Source: Tubulanus polymorphus
Lineage: Eukaryota; Animalia; Nemertea
Reading direction: 5' to 3'
Assembly (NCBI RefSeq): GCF_964204645.1
Contig: NC_134029.1
Location: forward strand, 17,106,950 to 17,170,949
DNA length: 64,000 bases
A model generated the notes under the pieces. The model had not been told where the DNA came from. It was given only the letters and a program-made list of their open reading frames with translations, and searched no databases. Positions 63,402 to 64,000 of the stretch are shown one piece after another (position 1 is the stretch's first letter; each line of letters starts with the position of its first letter). The translations under genes were made by a program, and so were the position numbers.

Positions 63402-64000
63402 AAGTAATTTTTTTTCCTAATAAATGGGAGATAGAAAAGCATTCTTAGCAACAATAAATAACAGAATAAAACCAGCAAAAAAACAATTTGAAATAAAAAA
63501 GTTAGTTGATGTTACAAAAGAAATTGAACATAAAATATTGAAATTAGAAAAGATAAAAACTAAATATGGAGAGAAAGTATCAGCTAATTTAAGCTACTGT
63601 AATGTTAGTACATCGCGAGAATTTAAAGTGTTTTTACCCGATAAATGGGTTTCATTGAGTACGGAGGAATTGAAAGATTTAGTAGGATTTAAAATAATAT
63701 ATCATGGGAAAAATGAAGACGGTCATCATGATTTAGAAATTGTTGATTAAATTTAAAAAAAAATAAATTAATAGAAATAATGAATATCTAGAATCCGAAA
63801 TGACTTATCTGGACAATTTAATTGCTCCACATAGATGGTGCCATAAACAGCACCACACAGTGATAGACAAAAGTAGTGAGATATTCAATTATTTTTTTTG
63901 CTTTTTTTCTAAAATATTAATCCATTTTTTTTTATTATCAATTTTGGAATTTCAGAAGTACTTTCATTTTTGATAGCAGTTGGTTCAGAATTACTAATAT
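63356..64000 (-). mobile_element. Endogenous Polinton/adintovirus-like gene cassette, copy C (inverted relative to A/B, continues beyond window)
   Basis: 63424-63750 matches ORF4; 63780-64000 is the reverse complement of 53715-53940. Confidence 0.7.
63424..63750 (+). CDS. Virus-like ORF4, 108-aa hypothetical protein (possible OB-fold ssDNA-binding protein)
   Basis: Intact intronless ORF in taaATG context; KIKTKYGEKV...KVFLPDKW...IIYHGK pattern; three paralogous remnants in the window. Confidence 0.7.
   Translation: MGDRKAFLATINNRIKPAKKQFEIKKLVDVTKEIEHKILKLEKIKTKYGEKVSANLSYCNVSTSREFKVFLPDKWVSLSTEELKDLVGFKIIYHGKNEDGHHDLEIVD

Noticed and set aside
63856-63880. RAG-type recombination signal (CACAGTG heptamer)
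   Set aside because: The nonamer-like ACAAAAGTA follows after only 4 nt rather than 12 or 23, and no partner signal was seen.

Overview
AT-rich metazoan genomic DNA, probably from an invertebrate (inferred from spliceosomal introns and repeat types). The left 46 kb holds two intron-rich housekeeping genes arranged head-to-head about 1 kb apart. Calnexin (minus strand) has 10 coding exons visible, its 3' end runs off the window, and an ERSE-like CGAAT-N9-CCACG lies upstream. A PIAS-type SUMO E3 ligase (plus strand) has 17 coding exons with SAP, PINIT, SP-RING and two SIMs. Their introns are full of Helentron/HINE-like nested elements, MITEs, a LINE RT fragment and Penelope-like ends carrying hammerhead ribozyme cores. 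The right end (52-64 kb) is an accessory region. It has three copies of an extremely AT-rich, intronless, virus-like cassette: A32/FtsK-type packaging ATPase, a ~200-aa orphan, a Lys-rich small ORF and a convergent 108-aa OB-fold-like orphan. It also has the first exon of a secreted PAN/Apple-like protein and a 5'-truncated DIRS1-type element. The intact tyrosine recombinase of that element abuts the best-preserved viral copy head-to-head. All calls were made by eye from the sequence; no database search was run.
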